Below the pieces are notes generated by a model. That model saw only the letters and a program-made list of their open reading frames with translations. It did not search any database and was not told where the DNA came from. Shown in pieces: positions 14,316-27,349 of a DNA stretch of 64,000 nucleotides. The stretch is from Octopus vulgaris (taxonomy: Eukaryota), in contig OX597818.1 of NCBI GenBank assembly GCA_951406725.2, forward strand, positions 8,742,001 to 8,806,000. Direction: 5' to 3'. Numbering within the stretch: the stretch's first letter is position 1; each line of letters opens with the position of its first letter. Made by a program: the position numbers and the translations under genes.

Positions 14316-14446
14316 CATCAGTTTAATTATATAAGGCTCACACATTTTAGATATTTAATACATCCGCACGAATATGTGTGTTTATTTATTTCATAAATAT
14401 TTACATACATATATGAACATACATATATACAGATAGATAGATAGAT

Positions 14447-14481
<35 letters not shown>

Positions 14482-14876
14482 TAGAGAGAGGGAGAGAGAG
14501 AAAAGGACAGACAGACAGACAGACAGACAGAAAAAAAGGAGGACGTTTTATTTCAATGAGTTCAAGCAAGATAAATGTAATATAGTAAGAGAGGGGGAGG
14601 CAGACAGACTTACAAAGAGAGAGCAGACTACGTCACAAAACTGCTTTCAACGTCACACTAACAGATCGCAGTAACGTTTTAGATATGAAAACAAGCAATC
14701 TCATTGGTTAAAATTCGCAGTTTTAATCTACGATTAAAGTCATAAAATAGATTTTTCTCAAATAAACTAGTTCCAACTGGCGAATAAACTAGTTCCACTC
14801 TATGAGTACACGAAGTTTCAAATTATTTAGTTAACTAGAAATATCTGGGGTCCTGGCCACGATATTGAAAAGATCC
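13937..14876. mobile_element. MITE with GG-initiated TIRs and 8-bp TSD (Merlin-like), nested
   Basis: Ends ggatcttttcaat and attgaaaagatcc; aaaaatca duplicated at 13929-13936 and 14877-14884; internal microsatellites. Confidence 0.8.
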
Positions 14877-17166
14877 AAAAATCATATACATTGTTCTAAG
14901 AAATAATTTATTTACTTTCTTTAAAAAAATTCTTTTATTTTATTCTGTAAAAAATTATTTTATTTTGTTCGCTAACAAATATGTATCGCGCACGTGCGAT
15001 ACAAGTATGTATCGCGCATGCGCCAATCAACTCAATTGCATACGCGCAAGTCGTTGTCGGATCGACTACTTACGACTAGCTAGCGCGGACGCGCGACTGT
15101 GCATTTGCTCACACCGGGACCAGTATTCGCTAGTAGTACCCTTTCTTTATTTGCCGTTTATCCTGTATATTGTTCTGATATTGAGGTTTGATTAATTGTG
15201 AAATGTTACAAACTGATCATGAGAGCTGCAATGATGCTTCATATAATATTTGATTTAGAGTAACGATACTGATGATTGTGATCGTTTTAATTAAATTAGT
15301 GTTATCACACTTGTCTTTCATTTGTTTTCGTCGTTCTTCCTATTTTATCGTTGTCTTTGTTGTCCAGAGGATGATACACTCTTGTTCTTCATTCTTAATT
15401 TATCTTCAGATTTAGATTGAAATGGTCGTGGTGTACTCTTTTAGAATCTCCTATCCTTAAAATGTTCTTAGTTCTAAATTCTATTTTCTAGTATCTGTAG
15501 ATGATATAAGATTTGGACTTTTGTTTTTATATTTTCTTTATTCGTTTTGCACATTTTAGCGGTATATTTGTGTTTATCCAGTTCAATGTTAATTTATATA
15601 ATTTTTACTGTTGTTACCTTTCTTGATTTGCTTGTATTCGAATTTCTGAAATTATGATACATTCTTTTTTCTTTTCTTTTTGCCTAGTTAGAATATATCG
15701 TCATATGAAATGATGTGTGCTGAGGTATAACGACATATTTGTATCCGGATTCTTTTTCTTGCAAATCTTTCAGGATTATATTCATGTATTTTCTTTTCAT
15801 TATCTACAGAATGATTACCTGTTCAATACTAAAATTTTGAATGTTGAAACATTAGTAATAATATTTCTTGTACAAATTATTTACTGATATAAAAGATATA
15901 AAACACCGAAATTAGAACATTCCAGCCATTGAATGATATACTTCATGGTCTCTCGCAGTCAGATATAAATACCAGCTTCATCTACCCAACTACCATATAA
16001 CACAGATTACATCTAGATTAAAATAGTAACAAAAAAATAAGAGAAACTATTTACAACATTTAAAGCAGTGAGTAATTGACTTTCTCCATAATATTTTCAA
16101 TCATTTATCTTTGTGCCATGAAAATTACTTAGACAGAGGTAATATGGATCTATCATCAAAACAGCAACAATCATTGAAGCACTTTAATAAATCAATCATT
16201 GAATTATCCAGCCAATATATCGCTATCTCATAAACCAATAAATAACGTCTAATCAATTCTGTTTTGGCTTTGTGCAGCTTACTGAGAGTAATTTATTTTA
16301 TTCAACACTTAATTCTCTGTAAATTGTGACTAGAATATCCTCCTAACAGACACTCGATGGTTTTATCTCAACTAATAACTGAGATAGAGTTGAATCTGTT
16401 TGTTGCTAAGTTTACACAGTCCAGTGATTACAATAAATTTTTATAGTTAAAATTATTGTCCTAAATCTGTTTTATCAGCTGGAGAATCTATTCTTACTTT
16501 GGACACATATTTATGTACTCATATTTGCTAAGAACATAGAAATTAATTTTAGAAAAGTAATTTTTTACAATCTTACATATTTAACACAATTATTGAAAGT
16601 TTTGATGCAATAAATAATATCAAAATAGGTAGGTCGGACAATGGTTCTCAGCATTGCCTTCCTATTCACTAATTACTTGATAACTGTTAACACTATAGTA
16701 CTAACTATAGATATTAACGTCTATCTGAAGAAAATGTACACCATTCCATTACCTCAAATTTGCCATGTAAACGCTAAGACTTTCAGAGTTTTAAATGTGT
16801 TTACTTTGTGATGATATTGCATTTGAAAACAAACCAGATCTGAAGATTACAGATGGTCATTCAGTTGATAATTCTGTCACATCTTTTTTGCAGAGTAACA
16901 TCCTACGACCAAAAAATCATCGAAACGTTCAGTGTACCACGTTGCTTCACACTCTAATTCCAGTTTAGAATGTTTGTCAGCAAAACTCACTTACCTTACA
17001 CGTCAACACCTTAAAAAAGAACAAATTGATGAACCATGATATACAAAAAGCAAAAAATGAATAGTCATTTGTCAAACAACTATATAGTATTCAGTCAGCA
17101 TAGTCGTGCCAGAACAGAAAAAAGTCGTCTATTATCAACAGTGCATGCATATATACATATATATAC

Positions 17167-17573
<407 letters not shown>

Positions 17574-17655
17574 TTTCCTGAGCGCCTAATAATAATAATA
17601 CTGTAATTGTTCCACGTGTTGTTGTTTTTTCTGTTTTCCCGTTTTGATTAACCTA

Positions 17656-17686
<31 letters not shown>

Positions 17687-17766
17687 TATATATATATTTT
17701 CATTGTGTTGTCTGATACTCAAATTCACACGTGTATGTGCATATAGCTAATAATTATTAGTGTATA

Positions 17767-17834
<68 letters not shown>

Positions 17835-18100
17835 GATATGTAAATGTAATATTCAAGGATTCATGTGTAGGAATTAAGTAAGATTCTATAAGTGCGAAGA
17901 AGGTAGAGCGAAAAATAACTTTCAGAGAAAATTATAGTTTATTGGCGTAAAAGGGTGCGAGTTTTTCTCATATTGATGTTCGAAAAAAGTTACTTAATAG
18001 CTCACGGTTAGCAAGTGAGATTGCTATGTATGCGAATAAAAATGTAATTTGAAGGAATAGAGCAGGAAAAAATCCAGGCTACATGTGTTCCCTAGCTAAC

Positions 18101-18272
18101 AGAACGTCGGAAGTAATTACTCAGCGAAGGGTACTCCGCTAGCTACTCATCTGGCCAAAATTCCTTAATCACACGAAGGTTACATTGTCATAGAAGGAAA
18201 CTACAGTATATTCGGCTTGATGAGCAGCCAGTAGAGTAACCCTCGCTGAGTAATTATTACATCCGATATTCT
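18101..18272. repeat. Imperfect ~60-bp inverted repeat with ~50-nt spacer (MITE-like hairpin)
   Basis: agaacgtcggaagtaattactcagcgaagggtactc...tcatctggcc pairs with ggcttgatga...gagtaaccctcgctgagtaatta...tccgatattct. Confidence 0.65.
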
Positions 18273-18338
18273 GACATCTAAGAAACTTATGTACACTGGA
18301 TTTTACTTGCTCCATTCCCTAAAATACATATATGCGAA

Positions 18339-18430
18339 GGAGCATGGCTCAGTGGTTAGGGCGTCAAGCTTACGATTGCGAGTTTGTGAGTTTGATTCAC
18401 GGACCTGGCTGCGTGTTGTGTTCTTGAACC
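18339..18430 (+). mobile_element. tRNA-derived SINE head
   Basis: A-box tggctcagtgg and B-box-like gagtttgattc followed by gtgttgtgttcttga. Confidence 0.6.
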
Positions 18431-18584
18431 AGCAATTAATAAAACAATCGATTATTTAATTGGTGAAATACTCAACTAATTGAATAATATTAATAACTAG
18501 AATAATAATATTAATAATAATAATAATAATAATAATGATAATAATAATATTACGAAGGAGAAGAGGAAGAAGAAGAAGAATGAA

Positions 18585-19226
18585 TTACATAAAATACAGA
18601 ATAGACAACACATCAAATAGTGATGAGTACAGAATCTGTGGACAAAATGGTGAAACCGTTATGCTAGTAGCATAGAAAGAATATAAGAGACGTCATGACA
18701 ATATAGCAAGGATTGTCCATTGGACACTTTGCAATAAGTATGAATTTGACAGTGCAAAAGAGTGGTACGAACTTAAACCTGAAGGCAACATCGAAAATGA
18801 TAATGGAAATATCCTATGTGATTTTATGATTCAGTGCGATCGTAAGATAGAGAATAGGAAACCAGACATAGTGTTAATTGAGAAAGAAAGCAAACGATAC
18901 TGGATCTTAGATATAGCATGCGCAGCTGAAAACAAGGTGTTGCGATGTGGAAGGATGAAAAGTTGATAGATATAACAGGTTAAATTAGGAAATTAAGCAG
19001 TTGTGGTTGATGAAAAAGGTGGTAGTAATGCCAATAATTGTTAGAGCCCTGGGAACAGTGAGTAAAAATTCTTGAGAAGTACATGAAAGAAACTTGGGTT
19101 GCTATAAGTGTGGAGCACTTGCAGAAAACAGCACTCCTTGGAACCTCTCGAATACTCCAGATGGTGCTCGAAAAATAAGGGGTGTTTCTTTAGTTCACTG
19201 GTAGTGAACAATTGGCACCGTAGTAC
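18585..19226 (+). mobile_element. 3' end of an R4/Dong-like LINE (CCHC plus RLE) between (TAA)n tracts
   Basis: RICGQNGET...RHDNIARIVHW...DRKIENRKPDIVLIEK...LQKTALLGTSRIL. Confidence 0.85.
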
Positions 19227-19227
<1 letters not shown>

Positions 19228-19319
<92 letters not shown>

Positions 19320-19362
19320 GCGGTGGTGATGGTGGTGGTGGTGGTGATGGTGGTGGTGGTGG
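19228..19362. repeat. Compound (TAA)n(TGA)n(TGG)n microsatellite
   Basis: Read directly from the sequence. Confidence 0.95.
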
Positions 19363-19365
19363 TAA

Positions 19366-21380
19366 TAAAAAGTGCCAATTTCGGGATAACATCTGTGGGA
19401 AAGTAGTTCCCCACAACTACGGTGCTGAGTGGATACATTCCGTGAGATCCGAACTCCATCACCTGGAGGCCCGACGACAGGACTATGTGCGCATAACGAT
19501 GGAAGATGTAATTGGACAGGTAAAAAAACTGCCAAACTAGAAAGCGGTAAGACAACACTATTGACTTAAGTAGCTTAGGTCAACATACAAGCGCTTTCCT
19601 TTGCAATTAGACAATTGCCTACCGAGTGGTGCAGTTCTGGAGTAGATTGTAGTGGGAAAGACAACATTGTTAATAAATCATCGGTCAAAGGGCAATGAGG
19701 ATGGCAATTACCGGCCCAATGCTTGTCTTAACCTCTTATGGTAAGTCTTGACAGGTACCCTTGCAGGGAAAACATATGCGTTCCTTGCGCAAAACAATCA
19801 ACTTCCAGTAGAACAAAAGGGATGCCGAAAAGGATCTAAGGGCACCAAGGACCACCTTGTGATAGACAATGTTGTAATGAAGAACTGGAAACGGTACCAA
19901 AAAGTTTCTGTATAGACTTTAAAAATGCTTACGACATGTTGCCGCATTCGTGGATTAGGAAAATATCGACATGTGTAAAATAGCTGAGAACGTGTGTGCA
20001 GTTTAAAAACAACATACCTAGTTGGAACAAACAGCAATTAGCCGAGGTAATAGATAAAATCTTGTTTACATTTGCTATTTGTTATAGCCTTGATCCCACT
20101 TCCTATAGTCCTACATAAAGACAATGCGCATTATGAGATGAGAAAGAATGGACCTCGTTCGTCTCAAATACCTCCTCTTCATGGATGATTTAAAACTGTT
20201 CGCAAAAACAGAGCCTGAGATGAAGAGGCTGGTTGAGACTCTACAGATGGGCAGGATGGATATAGAGATGGAATTTGGTATCTCGAAGCGTGAGGAGCTC
20301 ACTTTGAAACGGGAGAAAAGAATAGATGAAAATGACAATGCATGGGGGCATCCAGCCTACGGCAAATGTACACAGGCTCTAGATAAAGAGGGGTAAAGGT
20401 GGACGTGGGCTGATTAGCGAACAGGACTGCGTCAACATTGAAAGAAGAAGCATGGCAGAATGTTTGGTAAACAGCAAACAAGACCTGCTACAGTATGCTG
20501 CTAATGGGGAAGGATTTACCAAATATGGACTTGTGAGTGCTCATGAATTCCGACTACGAACAACAAATGAGACAGAAGAAAACTTACACCACATGGAATT
20601 ACATGGTACTTTCCACTGTGAAACTAACTTAAAAGAGCAGGAAGCATCATTGGAAGTGGCTCAGCAAGGGTGGCCTAAAAAAGAATACCGAAAGCCTACT
20701 TATCGCTGCCCAGTATCAAGCATTGAATAATGAGTGAAAAGGGACATATACCACACAAGTGCAACGAACCCTTTAAAATGTGTGGAAAGAGGCTTGAAAA
20801 AACAAATGCTATCACGACTAGGTAGCCCAAAACATTCATTGGCTACAATGCTGGACGCATAAATACGAGTTAACGGGTGCTTGATACCAACATACACTGG
20901 ACAAAGTAAAAACGAAAAGGGGAAGGCAAAAATTATCTGGGACTTTGACTTCCAGACAGAAAAGGTATTAGATCACCCAAGGCCGGATATAGCAACCTTC
21001 AGGAGAGACAAACAAGTGTGCTCAATAATTGACGTGGCGGTGCCAGGAGATCAACATATTATGATGAAAGAAAAAGAAAAAATGAATAAATATGGAAACC
21101 TGAGAATCGAGATCGCCAAGATGTGGCAGGTACCAGAGTCAAACATAATGTTTGTCTCTATTGTCATCGGAGCATCGGGTTCAATACTACTCGACCTGAT
21201 AAAACATCTGGAAACTTTAGAAATATCCTACAATCTAGGTGTATTGCAAAAATCGTCTTTATTTGGAACTGCACGCATATTACGCAAATTACTGTTTGTC
21301 TGAGTTCCTTATTATGAATCGACAGACAATACAAACCCCGATACACACAATATCTCATATAAGCAACATTACAGCACCGT
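19366..21380 (+). mobile_element. Decayed, internally deleted R4/Dong-like LINE (RT plus RLE)
   Basis: NYRP, EQKGCRKGSKGTKDHL, LLFMDDLKLFAK, IIWDFDFQT..LDHPRPDI...IIDVAVP...LQKSSLFGTARILRK. Confidence 0.9.
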
Positions 21381-21469
21381 CTTAAATATTTGAAATGCAA
21401 ATCGACCTCCGCGGAATTTGAACTCGGAATGTAGCGCATTCTGCCAGTTCGCCACAAAAAACAAAAAAC

Positions 21470-22040
21470 AAAACAAAACAGATTGTTTGAAGCAAATCAG
21501 AAGAAACTGCTTCGGGAACTAGATAGGTAATTACACGTAAGAATGATACCAGTTGCAGAGAAAAGCAGGGCATTCAGGAGAAGGATCTAGAATCACCTGT
21601 AGAGCATAATGGTGAAGCACAATAGCTGCCTAAAATCCAAGATAGGTTATGAAATATAGAAGTCCAAGAAGACATTAAAAAATCTACTGAAATTATAAAA
21701 AAAAAGACAGTTAAAAAATTCCCAAATTGGAAAAGCCCAGGACTGAATATGGTCCAATGTTATTGGATGAAAAAAATTGAGAAGGTTCCATGAATGGATG
21801 GCACAACAGCTAAATGAGTGCTTGCAGTAAGATGCAGTTCCCAGCTGGTTAATGTGCCAATGATCCTGAAAAAGGAAATGCTGCATCTAACTTTACACCA
21901 ATGACATGCCTTCCGCTAATGTATAAATACATAGAAAACATTGGGATGCATCCTGTAGAACAGAAAGGATTTCAAAAGAGGAGTCGAGGAACGAATGATC
22001 AGCTCTTAATTTATAATCTAATTATCAGAAACTGCATCTG
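21470..22040 (+). mobile_element. Further RLE-LINE RT fragment
   Basis: NWKSPG...YWMKK and EQKGFQKRSRGTNDQLLI motifs. Confidence 0.7.
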
Positions 22041-22348
22041 TAAGTAAAATTACGTAATATGTAAATAGTGAAACATGTATGCGAATAGTCCATATTTTTA
22101 TTGATTTTTCTTTTGTCTTGCTCGATTACGTTTTGGTTGTTGCGCTAAATGTTTCTTGAGAACATTTCTTAGTGGTAAAACCATAGGGGATCTATTTCTA
22201 GCATAGGGGTGTCCACATAGTGTTTTCCCTCTAATATGTATGTAATACAATTTTACTGAACCTTCAGTTTTTTTTATATGCTAGCCCACTGGTGTGAAAT
22301 CGCTGTTAATTAAATTAGTATCTAATTTCTCACACTCATTTTAAATTT

Positions 22349-22413
<65 letters not shown>

Positions 22414-22451
22414 GAATGAAGTCGAACGAAGATGTTAGCAAAATTCCTTTA

Positions 22452-22533
22452 CTCTCGACATATGTTTCGAAGACAACATGGTTTCATTCCAAAGGAATAA
22501 AGGGTGCAAGATGCAATCTTCTCATCAGGAAAG
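22452..22533 (-). ncRNA. Canonical type I hammerhead ribozyme in a Penelope pLTR-like fragment
   Basis: ctttc-CTGATGA-gaaga-(loop)-tcttc-GAA-acatatgt-C-gagag; intact core, GUC site and palindromic helix III. Confidence 0.75.
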
Positions 22534-22787
22534 AAAGGGAGCCTGTCTCAGTAACAAGACAAACAAACATAGGATAATTCATTCACCTATCGATATAAAT
22601 ATATATATATATGTGTGTGCGTGTGTGTGTGTATTTCATATTTGTCTACATATTTGTGTATGTGTGTTTTTGTGCTATGAAAATATGTCTGCTTTCAAAC
22701 TTTAATGAGTCGTGGACAAAGATATGAGGAGAGATTTTGTTCGAGATTATTTGCAACACACACACACACACACACACACACATAATA

Positions 22788-22870
<83 letters not shown>

Positions 22871-22957
22871 TTGTAACCACAGCGAATGATGGCATGAGTG
22901 AAGTATGGTTGGATTGTATTCAAATACTGAAAATGCCATCTTTTGTTACTAGAAATA

Positions 22958-23578
22958 CAGGGTGGGTGAAAATTAACTAGACATTAGAAATTGCTTATAG
23001 AATTATATTGTCCGGAGACAATAGAAAGTTGTCACGCAAAGCTGATGACCATGAGCTCTGTGAACGACGGAAGAAGTGGCCATCCAACTACATCCCGATC
23101 AGCGGAGAATGTAGCAACAGTAAAGGAAATATTTAATCGCAGCTCACAAAAATCAACACGTCAAGCAGCTCGTGAAAGTGGACTAACAAGAGATACGATG
23201 CGTATGGTGTTGCATAAAGAATTGGATTTTCATCCGTGGAGACCCCATTACGTACATGAGCTAAAACTTGATTAGGTGGTGCGGACCTCATGAATTGCCT
23301 CCAAAAAGTCCAGATCTCATTCCAAGTGATTTTTACCTGTGAGGTTACACAAAGGAGGAGGTGTACAAGACAAAACCTCGCACACTGGATGACTTGGAGA
23401 GACGGATTCAGAAGTTTCTCAATGAGGAAACTGGTTGACGCCACATGTTGAAATATGAAGATTTACTTTTATTTTCCCATGTATTAAAAAACATGTATCA
23501 TTTGTTTCAATAAATTTGTAAAAGGTATATGGATTTTATTATCAATTTTTGATGCCTACTTACTTTTCATCCATCCTC
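22958..23578 (+). mobile_element. Internally deleted Tc1/mariner element
   Basis: TA-flanked TIRs cagggtgggtgaaaa and ttttcatccatcctc; HTH peptide GRSGHPTTSRSAENVATVKEIFNRSSQKSTRQAARESGL. Confidence 0.85.
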
Positions 23579-25009
23579 TATTTATCTATACATTTTATAT
23601 GCGCGACTGTGCATTTATATTTGAATAATCTCTTTTACATCCAACGTAGCAATTGGGAAAATCGCTTTTATTGCTTATAATCTATTTGCATTTGAGATGA
23701 CCAACAACTTGCTCCCTAGAGGGCCAAACCTACTTTTCTGACAGTCATCAGTATCTATTTGACGTGCGCCATTTTGTCGAAAATAATATTGAATATCTTC
23801 ACATTAGCAAATCATTACGTCCTTCGGCAATGAAATACACCCGAATGATTTATATCATATATACACACAGTCACAGAAATTGCCACATTACAAAGCTGGA
23901 GAGACCTTCAATCAGCAATCTATGAATTCAAAGTTTCTGCACAGCATCATCCTCACTTCCTCATTCTTTCTTCTAATTAATGAATTATTCCCTGTCATTT
24001 CTATCTATACACATTCCATGTGATAAAGAAAGCTCCAGATAAAAACTATTTATGAATTCTAACGTTAATATATATGTTAACGTTGACTGTTACAGAGATA
24101 TATAAAGAATATGGCTGATATAGATATGAAGAAGATAACTCCTATCATATAAATTTCACTCCGTTTAAAAACTTACTGCTCCCTCCATATGCACATTAAT
24201 ACATACATAAGTTTTCAAGTACATTAGATTTTTTAAAACCGATTCATATCAGTTACAATATCTAAAGTTTCTTTCAGTATTAATTATATAAGTAAAATTA
24301 GGAAACCAATTGTATAAGGAATTATAATTATAAATTATTAAATTTTGAATTTACTTATTGATTTAAAAATTATCATTCTTCATCTGCGATATGATGCACG
24401 TAAAATATTATCTACAAATTCAAAATGCTTTCAGTTGTAGAAATGTACGTCAGTAATAATCTGGTGATTTGAATTTTTGTAGGTAGGGGGAGGTGCGATT
24501 TCGTTCTACCACCGCTGTCCTCTGACTGCCGCTTAAACTTGAATAGGTCGTACATCTTAAAATACGAATCGCAGCCAGACGCCCCCGCAGAGAACAACAT
24601 CACTCGTAGGGATTATAATTTTCCTACAGATCTGGTGTGAGGGAATTTTCAAGAGCCGCGTAGTACATAAGAACTTAGCTACACCGTATCATGTTCAGAA
24701 AGTGAATTGTACTGCTTCGGTAGGAACCTTTCTGGAAATAATTCCTTTCGTGAAGTGTCTTTCTGGTAGCTGTACGTACAAATAAAAGTGTATCTTGTAG
24801 AGTAACCAAAAACATAGTCTGGCTTTGAAAAACACATTTTCTTCTGCTTTCAATGCTAAATTAATGTGGGTCCTTATACTACATTAATTAAGCAAAATAG
24901 CAGTACAAGATATATCATACCCCTAGTAAACACTGGATTCTTTCTTACATAATTGTTTAGGGTTGGTATTTAGAAATGATTAAGTGCCTTATATGAACAT
25001 TTAGCTATA

Positions 25010-25231
25010 ATATCTATGCTAGTTTCAAATCTTGATGCAAGGCCAATAGGTTCGAAGGAGGGAGCTAGTCAATTACATCAACCTTAGTGCCCAGCTTGTA
25101 CTTCTGCTATCGACCTCGAAATGAGGAAAGACAAAATGTACCGCGTTGGAATTTGAACTTAGAACGTGAAGATATATGAAATGCTTTGAAGCATCTCACC
25201 TAGAGTTCTAACGATTCTCTAGCTCACCGCC
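25010..25231 (-). mobile_element. Octopus SINE family B, diverged
   Basis: Minus strand ggcggtgagctagagaatcgttag...gttctaagttcaaattcc; related to 31770-32085. Confidence 0.7.
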
Positions 25232-26545
25232 ATAATTTCACAATGACGAATGTATGTATGCATGTATGTATGTATGTATGTATGTATGTATGTATGTATG
25301 TATGTATGTATGTATGTATGTATTTATGTATGCATATATATATTACGATATAAAGTTCTCCAAGTTTTAGGGTTTAGTGTGGTACATTTGCCCGTTAAAT
25401 ATTCACTTTTAAACCAAATATTTCACAGAAGGTGCAACCATTTATTCGATTTTGCATTAGACTGAGCTTTTGAAACATTAAGACTTTTCGCTTTTTTTGT
25501 AAATTATGACGCATTATATTTAGTGTGTGTACATTTGCAGCCTTTAACTCAGGCAATAACATTCCGGCATCATTGATAGCGTTTTAGATAGGCTTTTAGC
25601 TGCAAGCATTATCAAACTTGTCCAATCTTACATAATATCTACCACAATAAGCTGAATATTCAGAAGTTTATTATGATAAAAGTTGGTAATTATATTTCAA
25701 AAATATTTAAGTCACCTAAACTGTAACATAAATTTATTTACACACCAAGAATATTTTCTTAGAACATCAAATCCGTCTCATCAGGCTCAGTGTTTTATAA
25801 GATTTGAAATAGATTAAACTGTAGTTATAACGAAAGTTACGGGTGTACCTATTCATTAATTTTGGAGTCACATATCCTCAGTAGCTTTAGATGGGGTTCC
25901 CAGGAAAGACAAGTTGCATAAGCACTTCCTATAACCTTTTTTTACAGATGAAATTCCACAATAAAATTATTCAAAGTAATATCTCAAAAACTGTGTTATA
26001 AACAATAAAAACACAGCAAGATAAACAAAAACAAGCATTTAATGGAAATCTGAAAAACCATATTCAGTGAGAACTCAAAAACCGATGTGCATACAATAAA
26101 TATCGTTATACTTTTCCGTATTTCTGCGCCATTGCATCAAACAATTCATGTCTATTTTTTAAGCATGTAGTATGGCTAAAAAATAATGCGGGTCCATGAT
26201 TCTTCCAATACAAAATTTGATAGGCATGAGGATGTTGGTGATGACTAATGTTTGTAGAATTGTTTAATAAGCGAAGAATTAAAATCAGTATCGATAGGGA
26301 TAAATTTAGTGTTGCTTGTCACTAACGCTATTCAAAGAATGTTACCGATTGCTTTTATTCCATATACAAATAGCTACAACAGTTTTATTTTCAGTTAAAA
26401 CATAATGTAGTTAAAACATAACTTAATTTTCTGTCGATTTACTCTATAGTTTAACATCTATATACACATTTTCACGTCGTCTATCTAGTTCTCTAAATAG
26501 TAAACATGTACTGGTATAGTATGTATGTGTTTGTGTATGTGCGTG

Positions 26546-26624
<79 letters not shown>

Positions 26625-26636
26625 TAGATAAATAGA

Positions 26637-26674
<38 letters not shown>

Positions 26675-26676
26675 TG

Positions 26677-26722
<46 letters not shown>

Positions 26723-27270
26723 GAGAGAGTGAGAGAGAAAAATAGATAGATAGACAGATATATGTGTGTGTATGTATACAGATAGATAGATAGATAGATA
26801 CAGATATAAATATAGATATTGGGGGTTAGCAATGGAGGCAATATTGTTTCAATATAACATTCCGAATATTTTATTTCATATGGACTTACGAATGAAAGCC
26901 ACAGAACTGCAATGCTTGTCTTGGTAAAGCTTCTCGTATAAGCGCATCGTGCTAAAAAGCGCAAAAAGTTAGCAGTAGTAGAGAAAAAGCCTCCTAGAGT
27001 GGTGATAGAATCGCTAAATCATTATTTCTTTGTCATACACGTCATCAATAGCAAGTGTCCACTGTCAACTGCATAGATTGCTTCTCTGATGTAGAAAATA
27101 GTGATTACCATCAATGTAGTAATACTTCCTCTGCTACTGGTGCACTATTATGAATCTTTAGCAATATATATAATATAAGAGGTCTCTCATGACATATACT
27201 GCAGCTTTGTGACTTTCGATAGTGTATTCACACTAAGTAAGGTACGCGCGCGCACACACATATGTATGTA

Positions 27271-27349
<79 letters not shown>

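Larger units (their letters stand above)
12656..15140. mobile_element. Non-autonomous DNA transposon with long TIRs and 9-bp TSD (MULE- or Merlin-type)
   Basis: Ends GGTACTACTAGCGAATACTGGTCCCGGTG and CACCGGGACCAGTATTCGCTAGTAGTACC; TSD ctttcttta at 12647-12655 and 15141-15149; no ORF. Confidence 0.9.

Noticed and set aside
15740-15805. Minus-strand HEYNPERFA resembling the cytochrome P450 PERF motif
   Set aside because: No EXXR or FxxGxRxCxG motif nearby.
18339-18410. tRNA genes at SINE heads (also 12924 and 29815)
   Set aside because: No complete cloverleaf, and each runs into a SINE body.
19041-19558. Poly-His, poly-Tyr and poly-Ile ORFs, similar to those at 57-60 kb
   Set aside because: Trinucleotide microsatellite read-through.
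25420-25465. Plus-strand RRCNHLFDFA resembling a GPS motif
   Set aside because: It is on the opposite strand to the other polycystin-like motifs and has no upstream W/GC; probably chance.
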